From the NCBI GenBank assembly GCA_029553225.1, contig JAKPCP010000060.1, positions 1 through 59,696 on the forward strand: a DNA stretch of 59,696 nucleotides, in the 5' to 3' direction. Positions within the stretch are counted from its first letter, which is position 1. The number at the start of each line of letters is the position of its first letter. The notes beneath the pieces are model-generated. The model was not told where the DNA came from. It did not search any database and saw nothing but the letters and a program-made list of their open reading frames with translations. This DNA comes from a bacterium. Its GTDB lineage: Bacteria; Patescibacteriota; Minisyncoccia; Minisyncoccales; GWA2-38-27. Shown piece by piece: positions 43,109-52,191 of this stretch. The position numbers and the translations under genes were made by a program.

Positions 43109-43810
43109 TTATTTTAAAGAATTTACAATATCATAATAGACATCGGCAACTGATTGCTCTCCATTAATTTTTTTCATCCATAATTTTTCTTTTTTAAAAT
43201 ATTCAATTAAAGGAAAAGTTCTTTCTTGATATTCTTTTAATCTTATTTTTATACTCTCTATATCGTCTAATCCTTCTCTCCTTATTAATTTAGAACCATC
43301 TAAAGGACACATTGTTAATTTTTTAGTTTCTTTATTGTATAAAATTGGATGACGAAATAATTCGCAAATTTTTCGATTAGAATTTCTAAAAATTGTTTGT
43401 TCCGGACTTATTTCAATAAAAAAAACTTTTATGTTGTTTTTACCATAAAGTTTTTTAAGCAAAGGAATTATTTCTTTTGCTTCTTCTAATGTTCGGGGGG
43501 AACCCGCTAAAATTAGATTTTTGCCTTCTTTATTTAATTCTTTAATTTTTTCTTTTACTAAATAAGCAACAAATAAAGGAGTGCATAATTTTCCTTCTTT
43601 CCATAATTTTTTTTCATCTAAAATATTGTATTTTTTATTTTTTAATATTACTTCTTTTTTTGTTTTTTTGTTTTCTTCTATTTCTTTAAATTTTTCTTCT
43701 AAAATTTTACTTGTCTCAAAATAATATAAATTTAATTTATCTGATAATAACTCCGCTTGGGTACCCTTCCCTGCTCCAGGAGGGCCAAAAAGAATAATAA
43801 CTTGTTTCAT
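43109..43810 (-). CDS. adk: Adenylate kinase
   Basis: GPPGAGKGTQ P-loop. Canonical secY-adk-map order. Confidence 0.9.
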   Translation of the reverse strand: MKQVIILFGPPGAGKGTQAELLSDKLNLYYFETSKILEEKFKEIEENKKTKKEVILKNKKYNILDEKKLWKEGKLCTPLFVAYLVKEKIKELNKEGKNLILAGSPRTLEEAKEIIPLLKKLYGKNNIKVFFIEISPEQTIFRNSNRKICELFRHPILYNKETKKLTMCPLDGSKLIRREGLDDIESIKIRLKEYQERTFPLIEYFKKEKLWMKKINGEQSVADVYYDIVNSLK

Positions 43811-43831
43811 ATTTTTGATTTAATTTAAAAT

Positions 43832-45109
43832 TTAAAAAGTTTCGTAATCTCTCATCTCCAATTGAGCATTTATCTGCCGCATTGTTTCTAAAACTACACT
43901 TACAACTATAAGAAGCGATGTTCCTCCAATTAAAAATCCGAAAACCTTAATATTAGTAATACCTTCAACAATAGAAGGTAAAACAGCGATTATTCCTAAA
44001 AACAAGGCACCTATAAATAATACTCTGTTTAAAATATAAGAAAGAAAATGAACAGTAGAGTCACCAGGCCTTATCCCAGGTATAAAACCTCCCATTTTTT
44101 TAAGGTTATTAGCAATTGCTTTTGGATCAAAAGTTACAGCAGTATAAAAATAAGTAAAAATAATAACTAAAATAAAATATAAAATCCCATGTATCCATGG
44201 ATTATTAAAGAAATCAGCAATATTTTTCGAAATACTACCAACTGGTCCGCTAACTCCGCTTAAAAAACTTGCTATCATTGAAGGAAAAAGCAAAATAGAT
44301 AAAGCAAAAATTATTGGTATTACTCCTGCAGGATTAATATTTAAGGGCAGATAAGTTGATGCTCCACCATACATTTTCATCCCTTTTACTCTTTTTGCAT
44401 AAGAAACAGGAATATTTCTTCTTCCTTCTGTTATTAAAACAACTCCAGCAATAATTACAAAAGCCATTGCAAAAAACAAAATATAACTTGGAATTTGGCT
44501 AACATCCCAGGTAAAAATAATTTGACGAATATTTGAAGGAACATTAGCAATAATACCAGCGAAAATCAATAAAGAAACCCCATTTCCAATTCCTTTTTCT
44601 GAAATTAATTCTCCAAACCACATTAAAAGCATTGTTCCAGCAGTAATAGTTAAAATTGAAGAAAGAAATATTAAAGGTGGCAAATGAGGAATGACGTTTT
44701 GTCTTTGAAATAAAGAAAGCATTGCATAACCTTGAAGCATTGCCAAAGGCACAGTTAAAATTCTTCCGTATTGATTAAATTTTCTTCTACCAGCTTCTCC
44801 TTCTTCTTTATACATTTTTTCTAATTGAGGAAATATCATTGTTAAAAGTTGCAAAATAATTGTTGAGGTAATATAAGGACCTAATCCAAGCATAGCAATA
44901 GAAAATTTATCTAATGTTCCTCCGGTAAACATATTTAAAAGACCAAAAAGCTGAAATTGTTCAAAAAAAACTTTTAAATTCTGAGCATTCATTCCCGGGA
45001 TAGGAATATTTGACATTAATCTAAAAATAGCAAAAATTCCTAAAACAAAAAAAATCTTTTTTCTTAATTCAGGAATTTTAAAAATTTGAATTATTTTTTG
45101 ATACCACAT
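43832..45109 (-). CDS. secY: Preprotein translocase subunit SecY
   Basis: 10-TM layout with the GLGPYITSTIILQLL and GIGNGVSLLIFAGI motifs. Confidence 0.95.
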   Translation of the reverse strand: MWYQKIIQIFKIPELRKKIFFVLGIFAIFRLMSNIPIPGMNAQNLKVFFEQFQLFGLLNMFTGGTLDKFSIAMLGLGPYITSTIILQLLTMIFPQLEKMYKEEGEAGRRKFNQYGRILTVPLAMLQGYAMLSLFQRQNVIPHLPPLIFLSSILTITAGTMLLMWFGELISEKGIGNGVSLLIFAGIIANVPSNIRQIIFTWDVSQIPSYILFFAMAFVIIAGVVLITEGRRNIPVSYAKRVKGMKMYGGASTYLPLNINPAGVIPIIFALSILLFPSMIASFLSGVSGPVGSISKNIADFFNNPWIHGILYFILVIIFTYFYTAVTFDPKAIANNLKKMGGFIPGIRPGDSTVHFLSYILNRVLFIGALFLGIIAVLPSIVEGITNIKVFGFLIGGTSLLIVVSVVLETMRQINAQLEMRDYETF

Positions 45110-45119
45110 TTTTTTAAAA

Positions 45120-45434
45120 TTATTTATTAGCTAATAAATGTAAATGTAAATGGTCAATTATCTGTCCGCCATTTCGGCCAACATTTATATGTAATTGATA
45201 ACCATCTAAATTTTTTTCTTCTGCAATTTTTTTTGCGAGGAAAATTAATTCTCCTATTAACATTTTATCTTCTTCTTGTAAATGATTAATCGAAGTAATA
45301 TGTTTTTTCGGAATAATTAAAAAATGAATCGGTGCTTTTGGATTAATATCTTTAAAAGCCAGAAATTTATCATCTTCATATATAATATCTGATGATACTT
45401 CCTTATTTATAATTTTACAAAAAAGACAATCCAT
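45120..45434 (-). CDS. HIT-family (HINT-like) nucleotide hydrolase
   Basis: CLFCKI N-terminus and the HLHLHLL histidine triad. Confidence 0.85.
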   Translation of the reverse strand: MDCLFCKIINKEVSSDIIYEDDKFLAFKDINPKAPIHFLIIPKKHITSINHLQEEDKMLIGELIFLAKKIAEEKNLDGYQLHINVGRNGGQIIDHLHLHLLANK

Positions 45435-45468
45435 AATTTTATTTTAAATTTAATTTTATTTCAAGTTT

Positions 45469-46758
45469 TTATTTTTTTAATCTTTTTTTAACTTCTTCTA
45501 CCACATTTTCTATTTTTATTGTTTCTTGATGACCTGTTTCCATATTTCTTAAAATTACCTCATTATCTAAAGCTTCTTTTTGGCCAATAATTAAACAATA
45601 TTTTACATTTAATTTGTTTGCTTTATTTAATTGAGCCTTTAAAGAATCTCTTCCTAATGATTCTGCTATTTTTATTTTTGACTTTCTAAAATCTTCTAAA
45701 ATTCTTAAACTTTTTTTCTTCGCTAAAGAACCAAGCTGAGCTAAAAAAACAGGAAAATTTTCTTCTTTTTCTAAAACCTCAATGTTTTCTTTTTTCATTA
45801 GCTCTACAATTCTTTCAACTCCTAATGCTGCTCCAGCAGCTGGGACGTCCTTTCCCCCTAAAACCTTAACTAATTTATCATATCTTCCGCCACCGCCTAA
45901 AGCATTTCCAATATCTTTTTCAGATTGAGAATCAAGATAAAAAATTTCAAAAACAGTTTTTGTGTAATAATCAAGTCCTCTAACTAAATAAGGATTTAAA
46001 TTATAAGGTAATTCTATCTCATCTAAAAATTCTAAAACTTCCTTAAAATGAGCTTTACATTCATCACATAAATAATCTAAAATTTGAGGCGCTTCTGATT
46101 TTATTATCTGACATTTTTCTTCTTTACAATCTAATACCCTCAAAACATTTTCTTTAATTCTTCTTTTACAATCACTGCATAAAGAAACTTCTCTGCTTTT
46201 TAAATAATTTGTTAAAAGTTTTTTATAATAAGGTCGGCATTGATTATCTCCTATGCTGTTTATCTCAACTATTAAATTTTTAATTTTTAATTCTTTTAAA
46301 ATGTTATAACAAATTTGAATAATTTGGGCATCTATTACAGGATTTTTTTCTCCAATTACTTCAAAACCAAATTGCCAAAATTGCCTATACCTTCCAGCTT
46401 GAGGATGTTCGTAACGAAAACAAGGGCCAAAATACCATAATTTTACTGGTTGAGGTAAATTATACATTCCATGTTCAATATAGGCCCTTATTATAGAAGG
46501 AGTCCATTCCGGCCTTAAAGCAAGAAAGTCTCCCCCCTTAGTTTTTAAAATATACATTTCTTTTTTAATAATATCTGTTGCCTCACCTGTTCCTCTTGAA
46601 AAAATTTCTGCATCCTCTAAAACAGGAGTGTCAATTTTTGAAAATCCATAAAAATCAGCAACACTTGAAACAACATCATAAATTTTTTTAAAATATTTCT
46701 GATCTTCTGGCAAAATATCATGCATTCCAGTGGGGCTTTGAAATTTTGGTTTTTTCAT
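45469..46758 (-). CDS. hisS: Histidine--tRNA ligase
   Basis: GMHDILP, LRPEWT, FRYE.PQAGRYRQF and GGGRYD motifs. Confidence 0.95.
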   Translation of the reverse strand: MKKPKFQSPTGMHDILPEDQKYFKKIYDVVSSVADFYGFSKIDTPVLEDAEIFSRGTGEATDIIKKEMYILKTKGGDFLALRPEWTPSIIRAYIEHGMYNLPQPVKLWYFGPCFRYEHPQAGRYRQFWQFGFEVIGEKNPVIDAQIIQICYNILKELKIKNLIVEINSIGDNQCRPYYKKLLTNYLKSREVSLCSDCKRRIKENVLRVLDCKEEKCQIIKSEAPQILDYLCDECKAHFKEVLEFLDEIELPYNLNPYLVRGLDYYTKTVFEIFYLDSQSEKDIGNALGGGGRYDKLVKVLGGKDVPAAGAALGVERIVELMKKENIEVLEKEENFPVFLAQLGSLAKKKSLRILEDFRKSKIKIAESLGRDSLKAQLNKANKLNVKYCLIIGQKEALDNEVILRNMETGHQETIKIENVVEEVKKRLKK

Positions 46759-46770
46759 AAAATTTAAAAT

Positions 46771-47322
46771 TTAAAAAGAATACAATGGCGCTTCAAATTT
46801 AGAAAAATCTCCAAACGGCCATGCTCTTATTAATACTCTGCCAATAATAAGATCTTTTTTTACCGGGCCAAATCTTCTTGAATCGTAAGAAAAATCTCTA
46901 TTATCTCCTAAAACAAAATATTCATCATGGCCTAATGTAATTTCAATTTTTTCGTTTGGATTAAATACAAAAGGAATATAATCTTTTTCATTTAAAATAT
47001 ACACTTTACCATCTTTTAAAATCTTTAATTGTCCGTCTTCAATTTTTATTGTCTCTCCAGGCAGACCAATCACTCTTTTAATAAATTTTTGGGAAGGCAT
47101 AAAAGGATATTTAAAAACAATCACTTCTCCTCTTTTTGGCTCTCTAAACCTATAAGAAATCTCATCAACAATTAAATAATTTCCATCTTTAAAATTCGGT
47201 TCCATTGATTCTCCTTTAACTAAAAAAGGCTGAAATAAAAAATATCTTATAGGTACAACTATAATAAAAGCAATAGCTGCTATTTTCATGATTTCCCAAA
47301 TAAAAGAAAGAAATTTTCTCAT
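46771..47322 (-). CDS. lepB: Signal peptidase I
   Basis: GESMEP (catalytic Ser), KRVIGLPGE (Lys) and GDNRDFSYDSR motifs. Confidence 0.9.
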   Translation of the reverse strand: MRKFLSFIWEIMKIAAIAFIIVVPIRYFLFQPFLVKGESMEPNFKDGNYLIVDEISYRFREPKRGEVIVFKYPFMPSQKFIKRVIGLPGETIKIEDGQLKILKDGKVYILNEKDYIPFVFNPNEKIEITLGHDEYFVLGDNRDFSYDSRRFGPVKKDLIIGRVLIRAWPFGDFSKFEAPLYSF

Positions 47323-47419
47323 ATTTTTATATTATTAAAAATTAATATTAATTTATCTTATTATGACAAATATTTCATTTTTTTTCAAGATAAATGCTAT
47401 AATAAACAAAAAATAAAAA

Positions 47420-47977
47420 ATGTTTTTAATTATAGGGCTAGGAAACCCATTAAAAAAATATATAAATACACGCCATAATGTCGGATTTATGGCTATTGAT
47501 AAATTTAAGGAAAATAATAATTTTCCAGAATTTAAATTTGATAAAAAATCAAACGCTCTTTTGTCAAAAAAAGACAATATTATTCTTTTAAAACCTCAAA
47601 CTTTTATGAATGAATCTGGAAAAAGTGTAAAAAAAATAATAAAAGATAAAAATATAAAACTTGAAAATTTAATTGTTGTTCACGATGACATTGATTTAAT
47701 TATAGGAAAAATAAAAATTGTAAAAGATAGAGGTTCAGCAGGGCATAAAGGCGTAGAATCAATCATAAATGAATTGAAAACAAAAAATTTTATAAGAATA
47801 AGAATCGGAATTGGTTTTCAAAGTGAAAAGCCAAAAGATACAAAAAATTTTGTTATAAATAATTTTACAAAAGAAGAAAAAGAAATAATCAATAAAACAT
47901 TAGAGGAAGTAAATGAAGCGATTAAAATTATTATAGAAAATGGCTATGAAAAAGCAGCAACTATTTACAATCATTAA
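47420..47977 (+). CDS. pth: Peptidyl-tRNA hydrolase
   Basis: IIGLGNP...TRHNVGF, VVHDD.DL and GHKG motifs. Confidence 0.9.
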   Translation: MFLIIGLGNPLKKYINTRHNVGFMAIDKFKENNNFPEFKFDKKSNALLSKKDNIILLKPQTFMNESGKSVKKIIKDKNIKLENLIVVHDDIDLIIGKIKIVKDRGSAGHKGVESIINELKTKNFIRIRIGIGFQSEKPKDTKNFVINNFTKEEKEIINKTLEEVNEAIKIIIENGYEKAATIYNH

Positions 47978-47982
47978 AATTT

Positions 47983-48852
47983 ATGGAAGAAATAAAAGAA
48001 ATTACAATTGAAGATAAAAATTATCCTGAACTTTTAAGAAAAATAAAAAATCCCCCTAAAAAACTTTACATTAGAGGTAAAATTAAAAATAAAGAAAATT
48101 GTTTTGCTATTGTCGGCACAAGAAATTGTTCTGATTATGGAAAAAGAGTTGCTTTAGATTTTAGCGGAAAATTATTAGATGCTGGAATAACAATTGTAAG
48201 CGGAATGGCACCGGGAATTGATACTTTCTCACATAGGGCAGCAATAAAAAGAAAAAAAAGAACAATTGCTGTTTTGGGAACAGGACTAGACGAAAAAAGC
48301 ATTTTCCCAAAAGAAAATATTTTACTTTCTAGGAAAATTATCGAATATGGAGGATGTTTAATTTCTGAATACCCACCAAATACTAAAGGAACTAAATTTA
48401 CCTTTCCCCAAAGAAACAGAATAATTTCTGGCCTCTCATTGGGAACGTTAATCGTAGAAGCAAAGGAAAAAAGCGGCTCTTTGATTACTGCAAACTACAC
48501 AATAAAGCAAAAGAGAAAATTATTTGCTATTCCTGGACAAATTTATTCTTTAAATTCTAAGGGAACTAATAATTTAATAAAAAATGGAGCAATTCTCGCT
48601 TCTGATGTAAATGATATTTTAAAAGAATTAAAAATTAAGAATATAGAAAAAAATATTAAAAAAGAAATTAAAGGAGATAATAAAGAAGAAAATTTAATTT
48701 TAAATATTTTAAAAGAAGAGCCTTTGCATATTGATAAAATCATAGAAAAAACAAATTTACCTCCTCAAAAAGTAGCTGGAATTTTAACTATTCTTGAATA
48801 TAAAGATAAAATTGAAAATCTAGGAGGAAATGTTTTTAGTATAATAAATTAA
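47983..48852 (+). CDS. dprA: DNA-processing protein DprA
   Basis: AIVGTRNCS.YG, SGMAPGIDT, PQRNRIISGLS and GSLITA motifs. Confidence 0.9.
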   Translation: MEEIKEITIEDKNYPELLRKIKNPPKKLYIRGKIKNKENCFAIVGTRNCSDYGKRVALDFSGKLLDAGITIVSGMAPGIDTFSHRAAIKRKKRTIAVLGTGLDEKSIFPKENILLSRKIIEYGGCLISEYPPNTKGTKFTFPQRNRIISGLSLGTLIVEAKEKSGSLITANYTIKQKRKLFAIPGQIYSLNSKGTNNLIKNGAILASDVNDILKELKIKNIEKNIKKEIKGDNKEENLILNILKEEPLHIDKIIEKTNLPPQKVAGILTILEYKDKIENLGGNVFSIIN

Positions 48853-48861
48853 ATTATTAAA

Positions 48862-50919
48862 ATGAATTTAATTATTGTTGAAAGCCCAACAAAAGCAACA
48901 ACTATCAAAAAATTCTTAAAAGATAAATATAATGTTCTTGCTTCTTATGGTCATATAAGAGATCTGCCTAAAAGTGAATTAGGGGTTGATATAGAAAATA
49001 ATTTTGAACCAAAATATATTATTCCCAAAAAATCAAGAAAAACAATTTCAGAATTAAAAAAAGCAGCAGAAAAATCAAAAAATATAATAATAGCAACAGA
49101 TGAAGACAGAGAAGGAGAAAGTATTGCTTGGCATATTAAAGAGGTTTTAAAATTAGAAGATTATCAAAGAATTGTTTTCCATGAAATTACCCCAAAAGCA
49201 ATTGAGAATGCTATTAAAAATCCGAGAAAAATAGATATGAATTTAGTAAATGCCCAGCAAGCAAGAAGAATTTTAGACCGATTAGTGGGATATAAGCTTT
49301 CTCCTTTCTTATGGAAAAAAATAACAAAAGGATTATCTGCTGGAAGAGTTCAATCAGTAGCAGTAAGATTAATAGTAGAACGAGAAGTAGATATTAAAAA
49401 TTTCTTACCGCAAGAATATTGGACAATCTCTGCTTTTCTTTCAAAAATAAAAAATGAAGACGAAAAAGATAACAAAGAAATTGAATCTTTACTTTATAAA
49501 AAAAATAATAAAACAATAGAAAAATTAGATATTAAAAACGAAAAGCAAGCAAAAGAAATCTTAAAGGATTTAGAAGACGCAGAATATAAAATTAAAAATA
49601 TATCTAAAAAAGAAATAAAGAAAAATCCCCTCCCCCCTTTTATCACTTCAACTCTTCAACAAGAATGCTGGCAAAAATTTAAATGGCCTTCAAAATTAAC
49701 AATGAGCCTTGCTCAACAGCTTTATGAAAAAGGTTTAATAACTTATCATCGAACAGATTCTTTAAATTTATCTGAATTTTCTCTTTTTTCAGCAAAAAAA
49801 TTTATTATTGAAAATTATGGAAACAATTATTGGACAGGTATTAAAAAATATAAGACAAAATCAAAAGGAGCCCAAGAAGCTCACGAAGCAATAAGACCAG
49901 CCTACCCAGAAAAAACTTTTTCTGAATTAAAAATTCAAGAGAAATTAGATGAAAAAAGCTTAAAACTTTATGATTTAATTTGGAAACGTTTTATTGCTTC
50001 TCAAATGTCTCAGGCAATTTTTGATAATACAAACATAGATATTTCTGCTAAAAATTATTTATTTAAAACAACAGGGCAAACTTTAAAATTTGACGGTTTT
50101 TTAAAAGTATATCCTCTAAAATTTGAAGAAAAAGAACTACCAAATTTAGAAAAAGAAGAAATATTAAAATTAATTAAAATTATTCCCTTAAAACATTTCA
50201 CTCAGCCACCGCCAAGATTTAATGAAGCAAGTTTAATTAAGATATTAGAAGAAAATGGAATTGGAAGACCATCTACCTATGCTCCGATTATTTCTACTAT
50301 TCAGGAAAGAAATTATGTTAAAAAAGATGAACAAAAAAGATTTTATCCAACAGAAATTGGAATTCTTGTCAATGATGTTTTAACAAAACATTTTCCAGAA
50401 ATAGTTGATATAAAATTTACAGCAAAAATGGAAGAAAATTTAGATAAAATTGCCCAAGGAAAAATAGATTGGAGAAAAGTTTGTAAAGATTTCTATATTC
50501 CTTTTGAAAAGAATCTTGAAGAAAAATACAAAGAAGTCTCTAAAAAAGAAATCTCTGAAACCCCAACCAATGAAAAATGCCCAAAATGTTCATCCCCTAT
50601 TATAATTAAAATGGGAAAATTTGGAAAATTTTACGCTTGCTCTAATTTTCCAAATTGTAAATACACTAAACCTTTAAAAGAAAATATATCTTTAAATATT
50701 ATATGCCCTAAATGCAATAAAGGCGAAATAATTGAAAAAAGAACAAAAAAAGGTAAGATTTTTTACGCCTGTAATAATTGGCCTAAATGCGATTTTGCTT
50801 TATGGGATAAGCCTATAAATAAAAAATGCCCAAAATGCTCTTCTCTTTTAATTGAAAAAAGAGGAACAATATTCTGTTCTAATAAAGATTGTCAAAATTC
50901 AAAATTTATGGCAAAATAA
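48862..50919 (+). CDS. topA: DNA topoisomerase I
   Basis: Toprim domain (LIIVESP, ATDEDREGE), active-site YHRTDS, and several C-terminal CxxC zinc ribbons. Confidence 0.95.
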   Translation: MNLIIVESPTKATTIKKFLKDKYNVLASYGHIRDLPKSELGVDIENNFEPKYIIPKKSRKTISELKKAAEKSKNIIIATDEDREGESIAWHIKEVLKLEDYQRIVFHEITPKAIENAIKNPRKIDMNLVNAQQARRILDRLVGYKLSPFLWKKITKGLSAGRVQSVAVRLIVEREVDIKNFLPQEYWTISAFLSKIKNEDEKDNKEIESLLYKKNNKTIEKLDIKNEKQAKEILKDLEDAEYKIKNISKKEIKKNPLPPFITSTLQQECWQKFKWPSKLTMSLAQQLYEKGLITYHRTDSLNLSEFSLFSAKKFIIENYGNNYWTGIKKYKTKSKGAQEAHEAIRPAYPEKTFSELKIQEKLDEKSLKLYDLIWKRFIASQMSQAIFDNTNIDISAKNYLFKTTGQTLKFDGFLKVYPLKFEEKELPNLEKEEILKLIKIIPLKHFTQPPPRFNEASLIKILEENGIGRPSTYAPIISTIQERNYVKKDEQKRFYPTEIGILVNDVLTKHFPEIVDIKFTAKMEENLDKIAQGKIDWRKVCKDFYIPFEKNLEEKYKEVSKKEISETPTNEKCPKCSSPIIIKMGKFGKFYACSNFPNCKYTKPLKENISLNIICPKCNKGEIIEKRTKKGKIFYACNNWPKCDFALWDKPINKKCPKCSSLLIEKRGTIFCSNKDCQNSKFMAK

Positions 50920-50940
50920 GATATTTATTAAAAAAATAAT

Positions 50941-51026
50941 GCCGAAGTGCTGGAACTGGCAGACAGGATGGACTCAAAATCCATTGTCCTTTAACGGACG
51001 TGAGGGTTCAAATCCCTCCTTCGGCA
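50941..51026 (+). tRNA. tRNA-Leu (anticodon CAA), long variable arm
   Basis: GCCGAAG...ATGGA CTCAAAA TCCAT, variable arm TGTCCTTTAACGGACG, GAGGG TTCAAAT CCCTC CTTCGGC A. 86 nt, CCA not encoded. Confidence 0.9.
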
Positions 51027-51030
51027 CATT

Positions 51031-51417
51031 TTATTCAGGTAAAGGACATCCAGTTTTCTCAGAAAGCTGAGAAAAAGACAGTTTTCCTCTTAAAACAGAG
51101 CCATCTTGAAAAACCCAATATGGATATGCATCAATCTCTTTTTCTAGACAAATTTGTTTTTGGCCTTTTTTATCTCTTGTTGAACACTCTACATAAGGTA
51201 AAAGTTTTGCTGATTTTTTAAACATTTCTTTTTGCTCATTTGTGTATTTAGACCAAAAAGCGCCATAAAGCACTACTCCTTTTTCTTTTAAGCATAAGAC
51301 AAAAGAATCATATTCGCCATAAGTTCTTGGATTTTTTTGAAAATAAAAATATAAAAAAATACTTAAAATTATTAAAAATATTAAAAAGATTATTAAAAAA
51401 ATAATTCTTTTTTTCAT
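51031..51417 (-). CDS. Membrane-anchored thioredoxin-fold protein lacking the CxxC active site
   Basis: 128 aa with an N-terminal TM segment. LYGAFWSKYTNEQKEMF...PYVEC...QIC...YPYW parallels the VKOR-associated Trx domain (YGAYWCPHCQDQKELF...PYVEC...YPTW), but WCPHC is replaced by WSKYT. Confidence 0.5.
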   Translation of the reverse strand: MKKRIIFLIIFLIFLIILSIFLYFYFQKNPRTYGEYDSFVLCLKEKGVVLYGAFWSKYTNEQKEMFKKSAKLLPYVECSTRDKKGQKQICLEKEIDAYPYWVFQDGSVLRGKLSFSQLSEKTGCPLPE

Positions 51418-51475
51418 AATATTATTTTTACTTACTAATTTATTTATAATATCAAATTTTTCTAAAAAATAAAAA

Positions 51476-51504
51476 GGGATTGAAATAAATTTTATTTCAA
51501 TCCC
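51476..51504 (-). terminator. Intrinsic terminator of the 68-aa orphan gene
   Basis: gggattgaaataaa/tttatttcaatccc stem, followed on the minus strand by TTTTTATTTTTT. Confidence 0.6.
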
Positions 51505-51512
51505 ATAATAAA

Positions 51513-51719
51513 TTAATTTCTAGATAGGGGCGGATCCGCTCTTTTTACAATCACCACTTTTCGATCACCGTCACATTCGAAAGACCATCCTGCCTTAGCT
51601 AAAAAATTTGCGATTCTTAATATATCATTATCATAAGGAAAAATCCTCTTTCCATTAACTATTTCAAGGATAATTTTTATATCCTCTATGCTTATATCAG
51701 GCATCTTGTTTTTTGACAT
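51513..51719 (-). CDS. Hypothetical 68-aa protein
   Basis: ATG 51719 is preceded by AAAGGAGAT (MSKNKMPDISIEDIK...). The ORF-track start at 51740 is a TTG overlapping the upstream mini-ORF. Confidence 0.45.
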   Translation of the reverse strand: MSKNKMPDISIEDIKIILEIVNGKRIFPYDNDILRIANFLAKAGWSFECDGDRKVVIVKRADPPLSRN

Positions 51720-51732
51720 AATTATCTCCTTT

Positions 51733-51798
51733 CTACGCAAACAGCGTAAACATTAATATTATCAAAGTTGTATAACTGAAAAAAAATAACCAGAACAT
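51733..51798 (-). CDS. 21-codon hydrophobic, Phe-rich upstream ORF (MFWLFFFSYTTLIILMFTLFA)
   Basis: Hand translated. SD AGGAG lies 7 nt before the ATG. Its stop TAG sits inside the SD region of the next gene. Confidence 0.3.
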   Translation of the reverse strand: MFWLFFFSYTTLIILMFTLFA

Positions 51799-51855
51799 AA
51801 CTATTCTCCTTTTTTTAATTTATTTTTAATTTAAAGAACAATTTTTTATAAATTC

Positions 51856-51883
51856 ATTATATCACAATTATAAATTTTGTCAA
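51856..51883 (-). promoter_or_regulatory. Near-consensus promoter (TTGACA-16-TATAAT with TG extension)
   Basis: Minus strand: CTATTGACAAAATTTATAATTGTGATATAAT. Confidence 0.55.
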
Positions 51884-51896
51884 TAGATATTAATAT

Positions 51897-51925
51897 TTGA
51901 CATTTAATTTTTATTATTTTAAAAT
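51897..51925 (+). promoter_or_regulatory. Divergent promoter (TTGACA-17-TAAAAT)
   Basis: ttgaca 51897-51902 and taaaat 51920-51925. Back-to-back with the minus-strand -35. Confidence 0.55.
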
Positions 51926-51973
51926 AAAAATATGAACATTGAAAATTAACTTTTACTAAAAGGAGGAAGAGCA

Positions 51974-52159
51974 ATGATAAAAAATAATAAAACGCATCAT
52001 CACAAACGAACATTAGAACATCTCCTAAAAAGGTTAAAACGTTACCTAAAAAAATTAAAACACCGCCTAAAACGTATAATTTGTTGCTTTTTAGGACATG
52101 AAAAGATTCTACATAATGGCAAACCCGTTTGTAAAAGATGCCGCAGATATTTAGTTTAA
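51974..52159 (+). CDS. Small, very basic Cys-rich protein (CC-x3-GH ... CxxC)
   Basis: 61 aa with SD AGGAGG 7 nt upstream. The Lys/Arg/His-rich helix is followed by CCFLGHEKILHNGKPVCKRC. Confidence 0.5.
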   Translation: MIKNNKTHHHKRTLEHLLKRLKRYLKKLKHRLKRIICCFLGHEKILHNGKPVCKRCRRYLV

Positions 52160-52167
52160 AATTTTTT

Positions 52168-52191
52168 AGAGAGAATTATATAATTCTCTCT
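52168..52191. terminator. Hairpin terminator embedded in the 3' end of the convergent PAP2 gene
   Basis: agagagaatta-ta-taattctctct followed by T9 on the plus strand. Confidence 0.6.

Noticed and set aside
50852-51221. Two plus-strand ORFs (50852-51070 and 51000-51221) spanning the end of topA and the following region.
   Set aside because: They read straight through tRNA-Leu (50941-51026) and through the antisense of the thioredoxin-like gene. The tRNA cloverleaf is far better supported.
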